From the NCBI GenBank assembly GCA_938045275.1, contig CALIMV010000008.1:1375-65374 (forward strand): a DNA stretch of 64,000 bases, written 5' to 3'. Positions 48,321-59,195 of the stretch are shown piece by piece (positions within the stretch are counted from its first letter, which is position 1; each line of letters opens with the position of its first letter). The notes below the pieces were generated by a model, which worked only from the letters and a program-made list of their open reading frames with translations, ran no database searches and was not told the origin of the DNA. The DNA comes from an uncultured Granulosicoccaceae bacterium (GTDB taxonomy: Bacteria; Pseudomonadota; Gammaproteobacteria; Granulosicoccales; Granulosicoccaceae). The position numbers were made by a program, and so were the translations under genes.

Positions 48321-48559
48321 TTTGCAGCTAATGCTTAATACGCCCAAACAGGCAACCTGATTCTCAAACAGGTGTTGATCTGCGTCTAAATTGGATATTT
48401 TACATCTTGGGGTCGATAGAGTAGATAACATAGGCGATCGCGTGATATTTATGTGTCGGTGCACTAAATCGATACAACAGATGTGACTGGAAAGGTGTGA
48501 TACATCTGATAAAATTATCGTTATCTTCAGTGGGTTGATCGTTAGGAAACCAATTAAGT

Positions 48560-50794
48560 ATGTCTGATAGCAAGCAAAAAATCTTATACACCAAGACGGA
48601 TGAAGCCCCTCAGCTAGCCACCGCATCGCTTTTGCCCATAGTCAAAGCGTTTACTGCCGCGGCGGACATCGACGTGGAATTAACAGATATATCCCTTGCT
48701 GCTCGCGTGTTGGCAGAATTCCCGGATTTTCTGAGCGACAAACAGAAAATCCCCGATAACCTGGCAGAGCTCGGACGTCTGACCCAAGACCCGAACACCA
48801 ACATAATCAAGCTTCCCAATATCAGTGCATCTGTACAGCAACTGATGGCGTGTATCGGTGAACTGCAGGCAAAAGGCTATGCATTACCCGACTACCCCGA
48901 CGACCCGCAAAGTGAACGCGAGTTTGAGCTGCAGAAACGTTACAGCAAAGTGCTTGGAAGCGCTGTTAACCCGGTTTTGCGTGAAGGCAACTCTGACCGC
49001 CGTGCACCTAAGGCAGTGAAAAACTTTGCTAAAAAGAATCCACATTCCATGGGTGAATGGAAGCAATGGTCTCGTACGCACGTATCACACATGCACAGTG
49101 GTGATTTTTATCATGGCGAACAATCTACAACCATCGATAAAGCTCGAACAATTCGCATGGAGTTAGTAGGAGACAGTGGCCAAGTAAAAGTATTGAAGCC
49201 TGAGATACCGTTGCTCGAAGCTGAAGTGATCGATCTCATGTTTATGAGTAAGAAAGCCTTGTGTGATTTTTATGAGCGTGAAATGGAAGACTGCCGCGAG
49301 TCTGGCATTTTGTTTTCACTGCATGTTAAAGCCACTATGATGAAAGTATCGCATCCGATAGTGTTCGGTCACGCGATAAAAATCTATTACAAAGAAGCGT
49401 TTGACAAACACGGTGAGTTCTTCGACGAGCTTGGTATTAATGTTAATAATGGTATGGCCACTTTGTACGAAAAAATCGCTGAGTTGCCAGCCTCCCAACG
49501 TGAAGAAATAGAGCGTGATTTACAAGCCTGTAAAGTACGCCGACCACGGTTGGCAATGGTTAATTCCGACAAAGGTATAACCAATTTTCATTCACCAAGT
49601 GATGTCATTGTCGATGCATCAATGCCTGCCATGATTCGGTCTGGCGGTCAAATGTGGGGTGGGGACGGCAATCTCTACGATTGTAAAGCGGTTATTCCTG
49701 AATCCACTTTTGCTCGGATTTATCAAGAAATCATCAACTTTTGCAAGTGGCATGGCAATTTTGATCCTGCCACAATGGGTACTGTGCCGAATGTGGGTTT
49801 GATGGCGCAAAAGGCCGAAGAATATGGCTCACACGATAAAACGTTCGAAGCCTCTGAGGCAGGTATTGCTCGTATAACCGACATTGAAACAGGTGAAGTC
49901 ATACTTGAAAAACGTGTTGAAGAGGGCGACATATTCCGTATGTGCCAAACCAAAGATGCGCCTATTCAAGACTGGGTCAAGTTAGCGGTAAGGCGAGCAC
50001 GTGACTCCAACACACCGGTGGTATTCTGGCTCGACCCGTATCGTCCGCATGAGTCTGAGCTGATCAAAAAAATAGACGTTTATCTAAAAGATCACGACAC
50101 CGAAGGGCTTGATATACAAGTGATGTCCCAAGTACGTGCTATGCGATATACGCTGGAGAGGGTTGCTCGAGGCCTTGATACAATCTCTGCTACGGGCAAT
50201 ATACTGCGTGATTATTTAACAGATCTGTTCCCCATTCTCGAACTTGGCACCAGTGCGAAAATGTTGTCCGTTGTTCCGCTGATGGCTGGTGGAGGCCTGT
50301 TCGAAACCGGTGCAGGTGGTTCGGCTCCAAAGCACGTACAACAGCTTACGGAAGAAAATCATTTGCGCTGGGATTCACTTGGCGAGTTTCTGGCTCTAGC
50401 TGTTTCAATAGAAGAGCTTGGCAATAAGCACGACAATCTGAAAGCCAAAATACTTGCCACTACGCTCGATACTGCAACAGAGCGCTTGCTTGAGAACAAT
50501 AAGTCGCCATCGCGTAAGGTCGGGCAGTTAGACAATCGTGGTAGCCACTTTTACCTGTGTTTGTATTGGGCTGAAGAATTGGCGAATCAACGCGACGACA
50601 GTGATTTAGCGACGCATTTCAATACCCTGTTCGAGCGGCTAAGTGCTAACGAAGACCGTATTGTTGAAGAAATGAATTCAGTGCAAGGCAAGCCGGTTAA
50701 CGTTGGTGGATACTACATGACTGATCCCGCACTCAGTGAGGCGGTTATGCGGCCGAGCCAAACGTTTAACACGATAATTGACGAGGTCAGTTAA
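48560..50794 (+). CDS. icd: Monomeric NADP-dependent isocitrate dehydrogenase
   Basis: [54 protein letters not shown]; 744 aa. Confidence 0.98.
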   Translation: MSDSKQKILYTKTDEAPQLATASLLPIVKAFTAAADIDVELTDISLAARVLAEFPDFLSDKQKIPDNLAELGRLTQDPNTNIIKLPNISASVQQLMACIGELQAKGYALPDYPDDPQSEREFELQKRYSKVLGSAVNPVLREGNSDRRAPKAVKNFAKKNPHSMGEWKQWSRTHVSHMHSGDFYHGEQSTTIDKARTIRMELVGDSGQVKVLKPEIPLLEAEVIDLMFMSKKALCDFYEREMEDCRESGILFSLHVKATMMKVSHPIVFGHAIKIYYKEAFDKHGEFFDELGINVNNGMATLYEKIAELPASQREEIERDLQACKVRRPRLAMVNSDKGITNFHSPSDVIVDASMPAMIRSGGQMWGGDGNLYDCKAVIPESTFARIYQEIINFCKWHGNFDPATMGTVPNVGLMAQKAEEYGSHDKTFEASEAGIARITDIETGEVILEKRVEEGDIFRMCQTKDAPIQDWVKLAVRRARDSNTPVVFWLDPYRPHESELIKKIDVYLKDHDTEGLDIQVMSQVRAMRYTLERVARGLDTISATGNILRDYLTDLFPILELGTSAKMLSVVPLMAGGGLFETGAGGSAPKHVQQLTEENHLRWDSLGEFLALAVSIEELGNKHDNLKAKILATTLDTATERLLENNKSPSRKVGQLDNRGSHFYLCLYWAEELANQRDDSDLATHFNTLFERLSANEDRIVEEMNSVQGKPVNVGGYYMTDPALSEAVMRPSQTFNTIIDEVS

Positions 50795-50802
50795 TTGGTT
50801 GG

Positions 50803-50829
50803 AATGCGGCAAAGCTGGCCGCATTTTTT
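50803..50829 (+). terminator. Rho-independent terminator after icd
   Basis: AATGCGGC-N7-GCCGCATT followed by a T-run. Confidence 0.7.
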
Positions 50830-51933
50830 ATGGACTTCGACTACCTAATTATTGGCGCCGGTATATCCGGCGCAGCGGCTGGGTATGAGCTGTCGCTACA
50901 CGGCAGAGCGCTCATTGTTGATATGGAAGCCCAGCCTGGCTATCACAGTACCGGGCGCTCGGCAGCTTTGTACACGCCTAACTACGGGCCTGATCTGGTC
51001 CGAAAAATCAACAAACTCAGCGCTGACTTCCTGAACTCACCACCAGCTGATTTCACCTCCGATTCCTTATTAACTCACAGAGGAATGATGACGGTTGTAT
51101 TTGATGCTGATGCAGCGCAGCTGCCGTCATTGTTGGATGATGGTGAGGGTCAGCGTGAGCAGATCAGCCTGGCCAGAATGCATGAGCTTGCCCCGTTTTT
51201 GCAGTCGGATAAAATTCACAGTGCCATTTATGAACACGGCGTGTTTGATATGGATGTCGGTGTGTTGCATCAGGGGTATTTGGCTGGATTTAAACGCCGA
51301 GGTGGTACGCTAATTTGTGGTGCCAAAATTAGCGCGTTAACCCGAGTCGGGAAACAATGGCAAACTATCATTAACGGAGCCAGCTGCACCGCAGGTGTAG
51401 TTGTTAACGCCTCTGGCGCATGGGCCGATGAAATAGGTGCATTAGCCAATGCAACGCCTATCGGTTTGCAGCCAAAACGACGTACCGCCATATTGGTTGA
51501 TGTGCCCTCAAGTGTGTCATTGGCGTCGGTGCCTGCTATCGATTTTCATGGCATAGACAACTACCTTAAACCTGAGGCTCAGCTACTCATGGTGTCACCC
51601 GGCGATGAAACCCTGGTTGATGCGCAAGACATACAAGCCGATGATTATGATGTTGCCGTTCTTGTAGACTGGTTTGAGCGATCAACCACAATTGAGGTAA
51701 ATCGAGTGGCACATCAGTGGGCGGGACTTCGAAGTTTTACAGCCGCTGGCACGCCTGTCGTTGGTTTCGATCCATCGGTAGATGGTTTCTTTTGGTTAGC
51801 GGGTCAAGGTGGTTATGGCATTATGATGGCGTCGGCGCTTGGACGAGCATCGGCGTCGTTAATTACACGTGGTGGTTTACCTGATGATTTTAACCGAGTA
51901 GGGGTCGACCCACAGGCGCTGGGTATTCGGTAG
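50830..51933 (+). CDS. FAD-dependent oxidoreductase (DAO/glycine oxidase family)
   Basis: IIGAGISG, YHSTGRSAA, VVNASGAWAD, WAGLRSF, GQGGYGI. Confidence 0.9.
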   Translation: MDFDYLIIGAGISGAAAGYELSLHGRALIVDMEAQPGYHSTGRSAALYTPNYGPDLVRKINKLSADFLNSPPADFTSDSLLTHRGMMTVVFDADAAQLPSLLDDGEGQREQISLARMHELAPFLQSDKIHSAIYEHGVFDMDVGVLHQGYLAGFKRRGGTLICGAKISALTRVGKQWQTIINGASCTAGVVVNASGAWADEIGALANATPIGLQPKRRTAILVDVPSSVSLASVPAIDFHGIDNYLKPEAQLLMVSPGDETLVDAQDIQADDYDVAVLVDWFERSTTIEVNRVAHQWAGLRSFTAAGTPVVGFDPSVDGFFWLAGQGGYGIMMASALGRASASLITRGGLPDDFNRVGVDPQALGIR

Positions 51934-51936
51934 CCA

Positions 51937-52815
51937 CTAGCTTGATTTATACACATCGATAGTTTGTTTGCTGCGAAATGCCGTCCAAACAATCCCGATA
52001 GCATACTGCGTGCTGGAAGTGGTCTCAAACAACGGACTATTTTCATTTGCAGAGTTCGCATAGTTAAATGCGGCAACACCGGTGAAAATTCTTAAGCTTT
52101 TTACAGGGCGTATAGCCAGCCCTAAAAACAAGCGTGACTCAACATAGCCTGGCTTCGCCTCGTATCGATCTCTTTGCGGCGTAACGTACTCGGCAGGTAC
52201 GCTGTACAAATAGTCGTTGTAACGTTGATCGGCAAAGCTTATGTCAGCGTTCAAAATAAGATCGATTTTCTCGCCGGCAATGGCGCGCTGGCGAAAGGCT
52301 AATCCCGAGCCAAACACGAACCCCTGTGCTCGAATGCCTTCAAAATCAGTAGCAATAACTGCACGAACCTTGGAGTCTAAGGTTAATTCACTACTAGACC
52401 CGTTGGCCCATTGTTTAGCTAATAATTTGTATTGCAAACGAGGGCCAAATTCGAATAGAAGATCGAGATCAGGAAAACCCGCCCTTACTGATTCTGGTTC
52501 AGATTCAGCATTCAGTGAACCGCCCAAGGATACATCAAGCTGCAGCCGGGGTTCTTCAACAGCAACTGCACCCAAACCGCCACCATCACCGACTCTGAAT
52601 ACGCGGCTTCTGTAGATAAAGAAAGGCAATGCAAATTGCGCAACGTTTGGGTCTTTAGAGCCAGGGTAGTCGAAACTATCAAGATACCCCACACCGAGCC
52701 CAACTTCCCACCGCGGCTTTTTTTCAAGACTGAATTCACTTGACTGCGCGTAAGCACTCAACGGGGTGAATACAGTTGCAAGTATCACCAGACATAGGGC
52801 GCTTCGTTTCATCAT
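51937..52815 (-). CDS. MipA/OmpV family outer-membrane protein
   Basis: Signal peptide, WEVGLG...DYPGS...LPFFIYR, R.G.PDLD...EFGP, NSPL. Confidence 0.8.
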   Translation of the reverse strand: MMKRSALCLVILATVFTPLSAYAQSSEFSLEKKPRWEVGLGVGYLDSFDYPGSKDPNVAQFALPFFIYRSRVFRVGDGGGLGAVAVEEPRLQLDVSLGGSLNAESEPESVRAGFPDLDLLFEFGPRLQYKLLAKQWANGSSSELTLDSKVRAVIATDFEGIRAQGFVFGSGLAFRQRAIAGEKIDLILNADISFADQRYNDYLYSVPAEYVTPQRDRYEAKPGYVESRLFLGLAIRPVKSLRIFTGVAAFNYANSANENSPLFETTSSTQYAIGIVWTAFRSKQTIDVYKSS

Positions 52816-52944
52816 ATTGACAGGATTTGCTGATTAAAAATGACTACTGATTGAACAGTTAATGCGACGGTATAGCTTAATGAAATACATTGTGGCTAAG
52901 AATGAATTAGATAGATTGTTATTTTTAAGTAGTATTATTTGTGT

Positions 52945-53949
52945 CTATGTGAAGCGCAGTGTTTGACCTAAGCCTCGCTCATTGGCTTTCATCCAAATAG
53001 CGTGGCCAAGTGCTATGTCTGTTGTGCTTAACCCACGGTGCCAGAAAAGGTTTGTTTCCTCTGCGCTTTGTCTAGCAGGCTTTATACCAGCCACTATCTG
53101 ACCCAACTCCGCGTGAATAGTTTCCTGTGTCACTTTGCCTTCATCCACATGGCGTCGTAGCGAGCCAAATGGCTTGCCTGGCGCACACTGACCCCAGTCA
53201 TCGACCACAATTTTGTCCATAATGTCGGTCAAAGAGAACTCAACCGCGCTCATGGTTCCGTAAGGTACAACCAGTGCGCCCGTTTTTATCCATTCAGTTA
53301 ACAGGTGAGGGTGAGGCTCTGCAAGCCTAGACGCTTCTACCACAATATCGGCATCATGAAGGCAATCGTGCCAATTGTCGGTCACGATAATGTCTCTGTT
53401 TAAATCGGCTTCTAATTTGGTTGCAAACGCGTTTCGGCTTTCGGGACGTTTTGAATGCACTCTGATTTCGGTTAAATCAAACAGGTGGTTCAGAAAGCGA
53501 ACATTCCAATAAGCCGTGCCTCTTGCACCAATGTGTCCCAGCACTTTACTGTTTTTATTTGCCAGGTACTTGGCACCCAGTGCAGTCATCGCACCGGTTC
53601 GCATATCGGTGATTGAGCTGGCATCGATAATAGCTTTAGGTACACCGGTATTTGGGCAAAATAAAGTCAGTACTGCCAGCTCGGAGGGTAAATCTTGTTT
53701 GTAGTTATCGACAAAATCACCTACCACTTTCACACCGGCTATGCCCAAGGGGTGTACAACACCTCGAAGAACATTAAAGTGACCCTTATCAGACGACTCT
53801 GGCACCAGATGAACACGTGGCTCTAACACGGTTTCGCCATTGCCTTGTGCAAGCAAGGCTGACTCTACTGCATTGAGAATTTCATCGTTGCTCAGAGCCA
53901 ATGCTCTGATATCAACACCATTGATGTACGTTAGGTTCAATTCTTTCAT
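52945..53949 (-). CDS. Ornithine cyclodeaminase/mu-crystallin family protein
   Basis: GVKVV, ITDMRTGA, GHIGARGTA, ELGQIVAG...R, GLSTTDIA. Confidence 0.9.
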   Translation of the reverse strand: MKELNLTYINGVDIRALALSNDEILNAVESALLAQGNGETVLEPRVHLVPESSDKGHFNVLRGVVHPLGIAGVKVVGDFVDNYKQDLPSELAVLTLFCPNTGVPKAIIDASSITDMRTGAMTALGAKYLANKNSKVLGHIGARGTAYWNVRFLNHLFDLTEIRVHSKRPESRNAFATKLEADLNRDIIVTDNWHDCLHDADIVVEASRLAEPHPHLLTEWIKTGALVVPYGTMSAVEFSLTDIMDKIVVDDWGQCAPGKPFGSLRRHVDEGKVTQETIHAELGQIVAGIKPARQSAEETNLFWHRGLSTTDIALGHAIWMKANERGLGQTLRFT

Positions 53950-55448
53950 AGTGAGAACGCGCCTTGTTCGATTTGTATCGCGAGTTTTTCTATTTCAGTG
54001 CCCAGTGCTCTATCCACACCGAACGGTGCCGATACGCTGCGTATTGTTGCATAAATAGGCAGCAACGCTTGCGCAATTGGGCTTGATAATTCGCGTAAGT
54101 CAATTGCTTGTGCGGCTACTATGGCCTCTATTGCACAGAGTAGGCGTAGCCGCTTTGCTATAGGAAACAGATTTTTAGTGGGTATTGCAGCATGGGTGAC
54201 AACATCTTCGAGCCCATCGGCGGAAATACCCGGGTAAATAGGCGGTGTGCTGGATAAATGAGAAATTTCAGCATACAGGCTTTCCGCTGTTTTCATTACC
54301 GGTCCCAAGCCAGCACCTTCAGCGCCAGCAAATGACAACCCATCTGACAGTCCGCTAAAGCGTTTAGACAATAGTTTGCTGATGCGTGCCACCTGCAATG
54401 CTGCCATATGGACACATGCTTGGCAGTATGCATTGAGGGTAACGCTGATCAGTGGAAGCAAATAACCACCGTGAGATAAAATGTCTGATGATTCCACCAG
54501 CACAGCGGGGTTATCTGATGCGCCGTTAATTTCAGCAGTAAGTGCGTTAAGTGAAACGTCCATCATGGCTTGTACCGTGCCGTGCACTTGAACAATATTT
54601 CGAATGCTTAAAGGGTCTTGAAGTCGTCGGGCTTCACCGGGATTAAAAAGGCTGGAGCCTTGTAGTCTTGACCGTAAACCATTGGCGGCTTCTGATTGTC
54701 CCGGTTGTGGTCGCAATGCAAGAACACGTTCTTCCAAAGGCGACAGGTTTGCCCGAAAGCCTTCCATTGAAAGTGCAGCACTGGTTTGTGATGCTTCATA
54801 GCTTTGCTGGATTTCCATCCAGCCAAGCGCTGCCATTCCGGCGGTGAGCGTTGAATGCGATACCAGGGCAAGACCTTCACGTGGTTGTGGCTGGAATGGC
54901 ACGATTCCGACAGCTGCCATTGCCTGTTTTGCATTGGCTATGCTGCCATCGGGTAAATGCATCTCGCCTTCACCTATCATGGCAAGCCCCAACGCACCTC
55001 CCCAACACAAATCTGCAACGCCTATAGTTCCGGTTTCGGGAATAACGGGTGTCAGTTCGGCGTTCAGAACGGCACACAGGTGTTCAGCCAATGCTGGTCT
55101 GGCTCCTGCGGCACCAATCAGTAATGTGTTTATCCGCACGGCAACACCTGCGCGCACCCAATTGGGGTGCAGAGGCGAGCCAACGCCATGGGCACGGCCA
55201 CGAATGGTGTTAAGAGAAAAACTGTCTATCGAATCTGGTGCTAGAGCCTGAGTAACACGAGGACCAAGACCTGTAGTCACACCATAAACAGGTGTGCGTT
55301 TAGCGATAGCCTGGTCGATCACTGCGCGCGCCCTGGCCATGTGCTTCAGCGCGTCTGGATTGATGTTAATAGATGCACCATTGGCAACAGCAGACAATTT
55401 AGCTGGGCTTAGCGTATTACCATCGAGCGTGACTGGTGCTGAATTCAT
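53946..55448 (-). CDS. Histidine-ammonia-lyase-fold lyase lacking the MIO tripeptide (ergothionase-like)
   Basis: VYGVTTGLG, REGLAL, LQDPLSIR, SDNP; GTIG-VA-DL in place of GSVG-ASG-DL. ORF track starts at 55481. Confidence 0.85.
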   Translation of the reverse strand: MNSAPVTLDGNTLSPAKLSAVANGASININPDALKHMARARAVIDQAIAKRTPVYGVTTGLGPRVTQALAPDSIDSFSLNTIRGRAHGVGSPLHPNWVRAGVAVRINTLLIGAAGARPALAEHLCAVLNAELTPVIPETGTIGVADLCWGGALGLAMIGEGEMHLPDGSIANAKQAMAAVGIVPFQPQPREGLALVSHSTLTAGMAALGWMEIQQSYEASQTSAALSMEGFRANLSPLEERVLALRPQPGQSEAANGLRSRLQGSSLFNPGEARRLQDPLSIRNIVQVHGTVQAMMDVSLNALTAEINGASDNPAVLVESSDILSHGGYLLPLISVTLNAYCQACVHMAALQVARISKLLSKRFSGLSDGLSFAGAEGAGLGPVMKTAESLYAEISHLSSTPPIYPGISADGLEDVVTHAAIPTKNLFPIAKRLRLLCAIEAIVAAQAIDLRELSSPIAQALLPIYATIRSVSAPFGVDRALGTEIEKLAIQIEQGAFSL

Positions 55449-55533
55449 GTATCGAATATTGAGAAAGTATTTAACCGCCATTGTGACCGGTTTTTGTGAA
55501 ATTGTGCTTTTGGAGTGAAAAATAAATGCTTAA

Positions 55534-57966
55534 TTGGTAATCAATTCCGTTACGATAACGCTTCTGAATAAAGCAAATGAATACCAGTCAAGGTTGAACA
55601 ATCCAGTGTCTAGTCAACAGCTAAATCAGCGTATTGCAGAATCCATTGGCGCTAACGCGAAACAGGTTGGTGTTGCAGTTGAACTACTTGATGGTGGTGC
55701 AACGGTGCCGTTCATTTCCCGTTATCGAAAAGAAGCAACCGGTGGACTTACCGATACGCAACTACGCGATCTTGAACAAAAACTGGTGTATCTGCGTGAA
55801 TTTGATGATCGCAGAGCAAGTATTATTGAGGCAATTAAAGAGCAGGGAAAGTTAAGCGATAATTTGCATCATCAGCTTATGTCTGTTGATACAAAATCTG
55901 CACTGGAAGATCTGTACCTGCCTTATAAAAAGAAGCGTCGCACTAAAGGGCAAATTGCCATTCAAGCCGGGCTTGAACCTTTGGCAGATTTGCTCTGGAG
56001 CAATTCGAATAGCGACCCGGTTGAGCAAGCTTGCGCATTTATTAATGCCGAGCAGGGCGTTGATGATGACAAGGCTGCGCTTGATGGCGCTCGTTATATT
56101 CTGGTGGAGCGATTTGCAGAAGATGCAAATCTGATAGCGAATCTTCGTGAATTATTGCTGAACAAGAGTTATGTCTGCGCCAGTGTTATTGCCAAAAAGG
56201 AAGCGGACGGTGAAAAATTCAGGGATTATTTCGATCATCAGGAGGCCTACGCTAAAATACCTGCGCATAGAGCGTTGGCGATGTTTCGTGGCCGAGCCGA
56301 TGGTATTTTATCGTTACGGTTGTTGCTAAAGGAAGGCGGTGATTATTCAGACGCTGCATGTGTCAATGCGGTAGCCAGCCATCTGCACTTTGTGAATAAA
56401 TCCAAGCCTGCCGACGCCTGGCGAGAACAGGTTGTGACTGGTGTTTGGAAGCTTAAGCTGTCCTTGCATCTTGAATCTGAATTATTTACCGCGTTAAAAA
56501 TGAAAGCTGATGCAGAGGCCATCAGTGTATTTACAGCCAATCTACAAGACTTGTTACTGTCGGCACCGGCAGGTGCACGACCAACGTTAGGGCTCGACCC
56601 CGGATACCGATCAGGTGTGAAGGTGGCGGTGATTGATGCAAACGGAAAAGTGGTGGAGCATGCCACTGTATACCCGCACGCGCCTCAAAAGCAGTGGCGT
56701 GACGCAGTGGAATGCCTGTCTGCCTTGTGTAAGCAATGCAGTATTGAGCTGATTGCGATCGGTAATGGTACCGCCAGTCGTGAAACGGAGAAGCTTGCAG
56801 ATGAGATCATTAGCCATGCGAAATTGCCAGGGCTAACCAAGGTATTGGTTTCAGAGGCGGGTGCTTCGGTTTACTCTGCTTCGAAAATAGCTGAAGATGA
56901 ATTTCCTGACCTGGATGTCACCATTAGAGGAGCGGTTTCCATAGCCAGGCGTCTACAAGACCCGCTTGCAGAACTGGTAAAGATCGACCCGAAGGCAATA
57001 GGGGTTGGTCAATACCAACACGATGTCTCGCAAACGGCTTTAGCCCGAAGTCTGGACGCCACGGTTGAAGATTGCGTTAATGCGGTTGGTGTTGATCTGG
57101 ATACAGCGTCGGCCACCTTGTTATCGCGTGTTGCTGGTTTATCACCTGCTTTAGCCGAAAATATCGTCACTTATCGCAATGAGAATGGTGCGTTTAAAAG
57201 CCGGGCTCAATTAAAGAAAGTACCCCGACTTGGGCCAAAAGCATTTGAACAATCCGCAGGCTTTCTTCGAATTCGACAGGGAACCAACCCACTTGATGCG
57301 TCAGGTGTTCACCCTGAGAGTTATCCGGTGGTCAAGCAAATTGTGAAACATACTGAACGGTCGTTAGGTGAGTTAATCGGTGATAGTGCGCTATTGTCAT
57401 CGTTGAATCCGGCTCTGTTCACCGACGATAAAATAGGTGAGCCAACGGTTAAAGATATATTATCGGAGCTGGATAAACCGGGTCGCGACCCGAGGCCAGA
57501 GTTTAAAACGGTAAAGTTTGCCGATGGGGTTGAAAAAATCAGTGACTTAAAACCAGATCAAATTCTGGAAGGGCAAGTCACTAATGTTACGGCCTTCGGT
57601 GCGTTTGTTGATATTGGTGTACATCAAGACGGGTTGGTGCACATATCGGCTTTGGCCGATACGTTTGTAAAAGACCCCAGGTCGATTGTGAAGGCTGGTG
57701 ATATTGTCAAAGTGAAAGTCATGAGTTGTGATGTTGAAAGAAAACGAATTGCATTGTCGATGCGGTTAACTGATAGAGCCGATGAGCAAGCCGCTGCCAA
57801 TCGTGACAGATCTGATCAACGTGGTGCACGCAAGCCAACACAGCATGCGGCAAAAAAGAGCGGCAAGCAGCCAGCGAGTCGAGCCTCGCAAAAACAGCAA
57901 AAAAAAGAGCCTGATACACAATCAGCTTTGGCAATATCGTTGAAAGCTGCGATGGAAAAAAAGTAG
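55534..57966 (+). CDS. tex: Tex/YhgF RNA-binding transcriptional accessory protein
   Basis: [45 protein letters not shown]1 domain. True start probably slightly downstream. Confidence 0.97.
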   Translation: MVINSVTITLLNKANEYQSRLNNPVSSQQLNQRIAESIGANAKQVGVAVELLDGGATVPFISRYRKEATGGLTDTQLRDLEQKLVYLREFDDRRASIIEAIKEQGKLSDNLHHQLMSVDTKSALEDLYLPYKKKRRTKGQIAIQAGLEPLADLLWSNSNSDPVEQACAFINAEQGVDDDKAALDGARYILVERFAEDANLIANLRELLLNKSYVCASVIAKKEADGEKFRDYFDHQEAYAKIPAHRALAMFRGRADGILSLRLLLKEGGDYSDAACVNAVASHLHFVNKSKPADAWREQVVTGVWKLKLSLHLESELFTALKMKADAEAISVFTANLQDLLLSAPAGARPTLGLDPGYRSGVKVAVIDANGKVVEHATVYPHAPQKQWRDAVECLSALCKQCSIELIAIGNGTASRETEKLADEIISHAKLPGLTKVLVSEAGASVYSASKIAEDEFPDLDVTIRGAVSIARRLQDPLAELVKIDPKAIGVGQYQHDVSQTALARSLDATVEDCVNAVGVDLDTASATLLSRVAGLSPALAENIVTYRNENGAFKSRAQLKKVPRLGPKAFEQSAGFLRIRQGTNPLDASGVHPESYPVVKQIVKHTERSLGELIGDSALLSSLNPALFTDDKIGEPTVKDILSELDKPGRDPRPEFKTVKFADGVEKISDLKPDQILEGQVTNVTAFGAFVDIGVHQDGLVHISALADTFVKDPRSIVKAGDIVKVKVMSCDVERKRIALSMRLTDRADEQAAANRDRSDQRGARKPTQHAAKKSGKQPASRASQKQQKKEPDTQSALAISLKAAMEKK

Positions 57967-58028
57967 TTAGCTAATTAATAACCAGCGTTACAGGTGTACG
58001 GTGAGTATATTGATTGTATTGTGAAGCG

Positions 58029-59195
58029 CTAGCTTAGTAATACTTTGTTTAGTTTAAGCAGGCTTGGCAGGTTATGGGAACTCATGTAATGAGTCAGGTA
58101 TGGTTTGATTGGCTGCATTCTAGGGTCTGGGTGATCATCTGAAATTCTACCCAGCAACGGATTTACCCAGATAACGCGTCGTGCACGATTGGCAAAAATG
58201 CGAACCTGCTCGGCCAAGTCATTTGGCGATGCCGTATCACAGCCATCACTGAATACCAGTATGGTTGTATGCGATTTCACTAAGTTGTTCAAATGACACT
58301 GATTAAACGTTTCGAAAGATCTTGAAATTCGGGTACCGCCAATCCATCCCTGTGATGCTGTGTTAATGGTGTGTTCAAAGTCTGACTCTTCTAACGAATG
58401 GAAACCTCTACCCAAGTCAATTAGTTCTATGTTGAATGCAAATGCGTGCGAGCTTTCAAATACGGAAAGCAGTTTTCTGGTAAATCGCAGGAACAGTCTG
58501 GCGTAGATATCCATCGACTGACTGATGTCCAGCAATAGAACAAAGCTGGGTAGTTTCTTTTTCCTGGCATGAAACTTTAATTGAAAAACAGCACCCTGAT
58601 ACTGCAATGACCGCTTGATCGATTGGGGTAGTGCCACTCTTACGCCAGAATTGGCTATCCGTGTTTTTCGTACATATCGTCTTCGGCATCGCTGGGCAAG
58701 TTCATCGACATACTGATCTATCAGTTGCTTCTCTGCTGGATTGAACACGAATCGAAAATCTGCCAGCGAAAGTGCAGAGTAATCTCCAGAACCATAGACG
58801 TTAACAGATTGTTCCTCGTCGCTGGATGTACCGGCGAAACCGACAAGTCGCTGAGTTTGCGGTGTTGTGGTAACAGTACTGCTCGAACCCTCTGACGTGG
58901 TTTCTTCGGAAACCGTTATCTGGTTTTTCCAGTATGCTACGAATAACTTATCAAAATTCTTCCATTGTTCTGGTGTTTTGCAGAAGCAGGCGCGGAACCC
59001 ATCTTGAAGCAGGTGATGATCGTGAAGTGCTTGTTCGGCAGCGACGCGCAGCGCATCGTTTATGCTACTTGGGTTTGCCGCAAAGTTATATGATCGCAAA
59101 ATGGATGCAAATTCCAATACCCGATTAGTGACGCTGGGTATGTTATTGCTGTGGTTCTTCATCGGGTTCATTGCCGTACAGGGCTGCTTGCTCAC
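58029..59195 (-). CDS. CoxE-like VWA domain protein
   Basis: LLDISQSM MIDAS, GGTRI, FSDG, WVNPL. Confidence 0.85.
   Translation of the reverse strand: MSKQPCTAMNPMKNHSNNIPSVTNRVLEFASILRSYNFAANPSSINDALRVAAEQALHDHHLLQDGFRACFCKTPEQWKNFDKLFVAYWKNQITVSEETTSEGSSSTVTTTPQTQRLVGFAGTSSDEEQSVNVYGSGDYSALSLADFRFVFNPAEKQLIDQYVDELAQRCRRRYVRKTRIANSGVRVALPQSIKRSLQYQGAVFQLKFHARKKKLPSFVLLLDISQSMDIYARLFLRFTRKLLSVFESSHAFAFNIELIDLGRGFHSLEESDFEHTINTASQGWIGGTRISRSFETFNQCHLNNLVKSHTTILVFSDGCDTASPNDLAEQVRIFANRARRVIWVNPLLGRISDDHPDPRMQPIKPYLTHYMSSHNLPSLLKLNKVLLS

Noticed and set aside
48508-48525. Fur box upstream of icd (GATAAAATTATCGTTATC)
   Set aside because: About 12/19 match with wrong half-site spacing in AT-rich DNA; not supportable.
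53946-55448. Calling this gene hutH
   Set aside because: No Ala-Ser-Gly MIO motif and no hut genes nearby.
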